Source of the DNA: Lama glama
Lineage: Eukaryota
Assembly (NCBI GenBank): GCA_028534125.1
Contig: CM052832.1
Location: 13,208,001 to 13,272,000, forward strand
DNA length: 64,000 nt
Reading direction: 5' to 3'
In this document: positions 59,001 to 64,000 of the stretch, piece after piece
Layout: each line of letters opens with the position of its first letter
Numbering within the stretch: position 1 is the stretch's first letter
Made by a program: the position numbers and the translations under genes
The notes under the pieces: generated by a model
The model's database searches: none
Told to the model about the DNA's origin: nothing
Seen by the model: the letters and a program-made list of their open reading frames with translations, nothing else

Positions 59001-62000
59001 GGAGCAGGGGTTTCTGCTTCGGCCTGAGCCTGTGCTGGGTCATGTGGGAGGGAAGCAGGCAGGAAGTCTTGCTGGGGGAGTTCTGAACGCCCAGTTTTCA
59101 AGCCAAGAGCCTCAGTGGATAGCTCTGAACTGAGATCCTGCCCTCCTCGGTCCACTCCTTTACTTTCTTCCACCCTGGACTCCTCTTCCAGACCCTGGTG
59201 GGCAAGGGCAGGCAGCCCTTCTGGCCCAAGGATCTGGCCATGAGCTCCTTGTAGCCCCCCAGGACGGCTCTCCTGCACATCTGGGCCTGGCTTGCTCTGC
59301 TCCAATCTCTCTGTGGGAGTCTGACCTGAACCCTGGGAGGGTTCAGCCAGACCTGCTATGAGGGCTCCAGCTCCTGGGGACCCATGTCCTGGCTCAGAGC
59401 CAGTGGCATGTGGGTCCTGATGGAGGGCCTCTCTTTGCCTGGGCAGCTTGGCTGGGACAGGCCCAAGCTCAGGACCCTCATCGCCTGGGTATAAGGCCTG
59501 GAACTGTTCTCTGGGCCCAGATGGGGCCTGGGGAGGGGGAGAGGTCACAGGAGGAGGGGGCCTATCCTCCAAAGGAATAAGCACTTTAAGCGCAGTTGCC
59601 ACCAGGCTCCCTGACTCTCCAGTTGGGGCTCCTGGGAGACCCCAGTGGAAGTGGACCCCAGGCCCAGGTCCTGACTCCTCCTTGGGTTCCAGGCTGATGT
59701 CCTGCCCTGGGCTGATGTCCTGCCCATCTGGATCCCCTGCTTTCCCTTCCTTGGTCCGGGAAGTCACTCCAGGGGGGCTCCTTGGAGCCCCATCTGGATC
59801 TGAAGGTGGCTCCTGACCAAACAGAAAAGCACGTGGCTCCGAGATAGAGATCTGCCTGACCACTCGGGGTGTCTGGGGGCCTGAGGGGGCTCTCGGGGTT
59901 GGGGGTGGGCTCCAGGAGATCTGCAGGGCTCTGTAGGGGGTGCTGCTGATGCTGCTCAGGAGCTGGTCCCAGTCATCGTTGTCCCCAAACAGTCCCGGCA
60001 GGGGAGCCTCCTCAGAAGAGACTGCCTGAGGGTCTGAAGCCTTCTCCTCACCTGCTCTGGGGATACTAGAACAAGTGTGGGAAGCTAAGGTCAGGGGAGG
60101 GGCAGGTAGATGCCACACCAACCCTGCCTCCATCCCTCACCATTGGGTATACACCTCATGGCTAGCCCTCCCTTCTGGCCTTCTCTTTGGCAGTTCTTCT
60201 CCCCTGGCGTGCACTACCCACTCCTCCCCCTCACCCAATCCTGCTCATCCATCAAGGCCTATATTCAGCCTCACCTCCTCCAGGAAGCCTTCCTTGACCA
60301 TTCTGGCCCATCCCACTCCTCTGACCTGTGACAAGTAGATTGAATGCCTGCCAGGGATCTAGCACTGCACTAGCCCATGTGTGTGTGTGTCTGTGTGTGT
60401 GTGTGTGTGTGTATGTTTGAACCCCAGTCACTTGATCCTGGGCAGATGACTTTCCCTTCTCTGTTTCCTTGTCTGAGAAATGGGCATGATAATCCTAGCC
60501 TAGCAAGGTTGTTGTGAGGTTTAAGGAGGGAGTCTGTATGTTCTGGGTGAACTCAGAGCCTCCCTCCCCTCTTCCAGGAAGCACCTGGTCTCCACCCTAG
60601 CCCAGGGATGGCAGCTACTTGCCTCGGTTCCTCCTCCATCTGCCAGGACACACGGCCCCTGGCAGCATTCAGGTGCCCCCTGGTCACCTGCAGCTTTCCC
60701 CGCACCTCCTCCAGCTGCCCAGCCAGGTCACGCTCGGCCTCCCGAAGCTGCTGGTTCTCCGAGCTGGCCTCCTGGTGTGTGCTGCTGAGGCGGTGGAGCT
60801 GGGCCTCCAGCTGCAGGAGGTGGAGGATGAGGAGAAGAGAAGCCCAGTTGCCCTCCAGGGGAACAAACAGCCTCCCAAGGCCATTGTGGGGCGCTGACTC
60901 AGGCTCCTGGAGACTCAGCTTAAAACGTAGGTTTGGGGAGTATTGCCCCTTATTGGCCTAATTAGCTCCATTACCTCCCACCCAGAAGAGATACTGGAAA
61001 TGCTGGAATAGGGAAGAGAGAGGGAACTGTGCAAGAAACACAAACTGCCAGCACAACAAGGGCCTGAAATGTAAATGGGATCACACCTTCCTCTGCTCAG
61101 AGCTCTGCAGTGGCTGCTCATCTCTGAGCCCCATCTGATTGGCAAGGAGCTCCTGATCCACCAACAGATCACACAGCTGAGAGACGGAGAGCTGCTTGGC
61201 CATACTGAATGGAAGGTAAAGGCCTCAAAATAGGCTCCAGGACCCTGCAGTCTCCCCTACCCCACCCCTGTTACATCTCTGATCTCCCACTGCCCTGGCT
61301 CCTGCAGTCTGCTCTCGCCCACAGGTGTCCTTGCTGGTCCTTGAACATTCACAGGGCATCATGCCCACCTCAGGGCCTTTGCACTCACTATTCCCTCTGC
61401 CTGGACTGCTCTTTCCGCAGATACCACATGGCCCACCCATCACCTCTTTCAGATCTTTACTTCAAGGTCATCATCTCAGTGAGGTCTTCCTTGGCTCCCC
61501 TATCAAAACCTTTCTATCCCCCTGCCCTGCTTTCCTTTATTCTCCTAAGTACTTTAACTACCTAATATGTTATAGATTTTACTTGCATATTTGGTTTATC
61601 ACCTGTTTCTGTAACTACATAATAACTCCATGAGCAGGGATTATTTGTGTCTGTTATGTTCCTCAGAACCTAGAAAGTTGCCTGGCACATAGTAGGTGCA
61701 CCATAGATGGTTGCTGGGTAAAGGAATGAGTGGCCAGGGGGCAGAGGCTTCATGTCCACAGGGGATGGGACAAAATGGCCCCATATGGAAAATCTAACCT
61801 CCTCCCTTGGCAGAAGGGGCCTGCCTCAATTTCCAAGGAGAAGCTTCTGCAGAGGCACCTGGGAAATCAACCCGTGTCAGGAGAGTGAGACCAGGTGGCG
61901 GGACCAGCCAAGGCAATGGTGGGGAAGGCCCTGGGAAACTGGTCCAGTGCTGAAGAGATGTTGGTTTTCCCAGTTACAACAGATGGTGATTTTACTAAGG

Positions 62001-63361
62001 TCAGTGGTCTGGAAGTTGAGGAAGGAAGAGACACTGGGGCAGGGTCTCAGACCCAAAGGCTTAGCCACAATGCCAAGTGGAAGAGACCATAGCCTACAAG
62101 ACCTGGGGTGTGGGGGCAGCAGGTATGCTGACCAGACTGCAGACTATGATCTATGATTCTAGATCACAGTCAGAGACAGTAACAACCTTGATGTACAAAG
62201 TACCTACTATGTGGTAGGCATCATCTTAGGCCCTCAAATATAGTATCTTTAATCATCACAGCAGCCTTCTAAGGCAAAAGTTCTGATCTCCATTTCCCTG
62301 TTAAGGAAATCAAGTTTCAGAGATGTTAAAAACCTGCCCAAGGTCACCCAGCTGATGATGGAATTGAGAGTGGAACACCACCCTATCACCAAGCTTCTCC
62401 AACATTGAGAATTCAGAGTGTTTCCTCAGTGCTTTCCTGTTTCAAAGTGCTTTCTCACTTATTACCACATTTGACACAACAAGCTGGGAAGATGCAGTAG
62501 ATGTGGCTATTCCCATTCTACAGACAGAGGAACTACAGCCAAGACAAGCAAAGGTATTTCCTCAGATTTGCATGGCTTTTAATTGCAAAGATTTGAACTT
62601 GGACCTTCTGACTCATGTCCCAGTGCTTCCACTGCACTACCTGGCCTCATCTCAGAAAAGGACCAAGACATCTCTTTCCTAGGGTGCTACTCTGATACAG
62701 GAGCCCAACCAGCCCAGTGAATCCTCAGAAACTGGGCTCCCAGGGAAGCCCTGTCACTCACCTCCTTCTGGCCCTCAGTCAGCCGCTGCACCTCACGTTC
62801 TTTGGCCTCCAGTACCTCCTGCATCTGGGAGCTGAGGGCCAGGCCCCGGGAGTCACTCTGGGGAGCAGAGAGGTCTCAGGCCCTGAACGGCAGAATCTAA
62901 GACCCAGCTGGACTGGGCTGGCCCTTCCCACACTTCACCTCCTCCCAGGCCTGGGGTGCAGGGTCCAGGATGTCCCAGCCAGGAGGGGTTGCAGGACAAC
63001 TTTCTTGACTCAGGGCTAGACTCTAGCAACAAGGAGCCTGAGGCCCAGAGAACAGAAGGGGTGGCTCTGGGGGACACATGAGACCAGGCAGGGCACCTGG
63101 GCTCAGCACTCCCCGCCCCATCTCTCTGAGGAACGGAGCTCAGAGGTGTGAGAAGATCCATTCCCAGCAGCCTCCTGCTGCCCCACACTGGCCAGTTGCT
63201 GGCCCACTGCTTAGCCAGCAGAGGAGTCCAGGGCTAGGGGAGGGTGAGCTGCCTAGGGGTGGAAGCCCACCTCAGCCTGCAGCTGCTGCTTCTCCCACTG
63301 GATCTGCTGCTCCATTTCCTCGTAGAGTTGCTGAACCTCGCGATGGTGGTCAGAGTCCCGC
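49967..63361 (-). CDS. RAB44: Ras-related protein Rab-44 (large Rab), partial gene: last 9 coding exons; the EF-hand 5' exons lie beyond the window end
   Basis: Phase-compatible exons encode a coiled coil, a long Pro-rich linker, the Rab G-boxes ([29 protein letters not shown]) and a C-terminal GCCS prenylation motif; tail-to-tail with CPNE5. Confidence 0.95.
51439..51515 (-). CDS. RAB44: RAB44 exon [25 protein letters not shown](R)
   Basis: gctgcag|GAG ... CG|gtgagt; 77 nt; G5-like ECSA. Confidence 0.94.
51998..52079. mobile_element. MADE2-like ~80-bp mariner MITE
   Basis: Terminal inverted repeats attaggtgaaacaatacgaaattgc / gcaatctcatatggttcaacctaat (20/25 complementary). Confidence 0.75.
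53050..53151 (-). CDS. RAB44: RAB44 exon [34 protein letters not shown]
   Basis: tgtgtgcag|GAT ... CAG|gtgagg; 102 nt; G4 NKxD. Confidence 0.95.
54215..54329 (-). CDS. RAB44: RAB44 exon [38 protein letters not shown]
   Basis: gggcag|G ... CAG|gtgagt; 115 nt. Confidence 0.95.
54460..55005. mobile_element. Old LINE-1 (L1MD/ME-type) fragment in a RAB44 intron
   Basis: cagtgaaaagtctc...ccagaggca...tttagattgtttccag...gctatgaaca...ctagaagtagaactgctgg. Confidence 0.55.
55332..55413 (-). CDS. RAB44: RAB44 exon [26 protein letters not shown](R)
   Basis: gtcctag|GA ... AG|gtaatg; 82 nt. Confidence 0.95.
58609..60065 (-). CDS. RAB44: RAB44 large exon (1457 nt): Pro/Gly/Glu-rich linker through the P-loop GDSNVGKT to TATV(G)
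   Basis: gttctag|T ... GTAG|gtaagg; internal part of ORF 58430..60133. Confidence 0.93.
60378..60414. repeat. Interrupted (TG)n microsatellite
   Basis: tgtgtgtgtgtgtctgtgtg... Confidence 0.9.
60623..60810 (-). CDS. RAB44: RAB44 exon [10 protein letters not shown]...[10 protein letters not shown](S), ending at a GC donor
   Basis: cctgcag|CTG ... AG|gcaagt; 188 nt, phase fits the next exon. Confidence 0.88.
61250..61730. mobile_element. LINE-2 fragment (opposite orientation to the other L2s)
   Basis: cctcagggcctttgcactca.tattccctctgcctgga...cctagaa.gt.gcctggcacatagtaggtgc. Confidence 0.75.
62762..62857 (-). CDS. RAB44: RAB44 exon [32 protein letters not shown]
   Basis: ctccccag|AGT ... GAG|gtgagt; 96 nt. 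Confidence 0.92.
63271..63361 (-). CDS. RAB44: RAB44 exon [30 protein letters not shown]
   Basis: Minus strand ccttccag|G ... GAG|gtgggc; 91 nt; LYEEMEQQI is typical of the RASEF/CRACR2A/RAB44 coiled coil. Confidence 0.92.
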
Positions 63362-64000
63362 CTGGAAGGGGTAGGAGGTGGGGCCAGGCACCACATCAGC
63401 ACCCTGGGACCCTGCTGTTGACAGGGGTGGTCTGGGCCAGGGTTTGGAGTCTATCCTGCTACTCACCTCACTCTGCCAGCGGTCACAGAGCCCTGTCACC
63501 CTGAGAACAGTCATCCCAGTAAGAGCTCCCTGACACATATGTCCTTGACATTGATTGCCTGGTCCCAGCACGCTGACTCCTATAACCATCAGCAGGATAG
63601 TGGTTCCTGTGGCCCCGTCTCATGGTCCCCATAGTCACATCACTCTGTTCCCAATTCCTGCCGTCACCATCCTCCTACCCCCATAACTCAGACTCCCTGG
63701 CTGGGCTGTGCCTATGCCAACCCCAGGGTTACCACGTGAATTGAAAGCTACGTGAGTGGTGCCCTGGAGTTGGGTGCCACAGTGGCCCTGCATCAAGACA
63801 CGCTGGCCGTTCCCACTTTTGTTGAAGGCCTAACTCTGTCCTCCACAGTAGGTCCCCTTAGTCAACCCTTTTTCCAGCTCAACGCTGCCCGGCCAGTTTC
63901 CAGGCTCTGCTGTGGACGCCTGGCCTCGGTTCTTCTGGAGCTGAGGGAATTCAATAGAGATTCAACTAAAATGTAAAGAGCACCCACTGTGTGCCGACAG

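Noticed and set aside
58430..60133. 567-aa ORF as a standalone gene
   Set aside because: It is RAB44's large internal exon (58609-60065) read through into the flanking introns

Overview
Mammalian genomic DNA, most likely a camelid (two tRNA-Ala-derived Vic-1-type SINEs; no Alu, Bov-A/BovB or CAN-SINE recognised). It holds three protein-coding loci. (1) The last 13 coding exons of CPNE5 (copine-5) on the + strand, 6844-41044. They splice in frame to 417 aa covering the second C2 domain, the vWA domain and a Pro-rich tail. (2) The last 9 coding exons of RAB44 on the - strand, 63361-49967, covering the coiled coil, Pro-rich linker, Rab GTPase domain and a C-terminal CCS. (3) Between them, on the - strand, an intact single-exon class A 7TM receptor ORF (44846-45874, 342 aa from the strong-Kozak ATG) that resembles galanin receptors. 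It lies where I recall the human pseudogene GPR166P, so it may be a live orthologue of a receptor that is dead in humans; its DRY (LRH) and NPxxY (SPILC) switches are altered. Other points: RAB44 has Leu at the Ras-F28-equivalent position (the 'fast-cycling' substitution) and uses a GC-AG intron; a CPNE5 intron has an RFX/MEF2 palindromic cluster; there is a nested MIR>L1>SINE insertion with target-site duplications; and the 500-N gap is flanked by a probable artefactual 240-bp duplication. Exon boundaries were read by hand from splice sites and frame continuity. Repeat family names and human comparisons come from memory, not from a search, and repeat coordinates are approximate.
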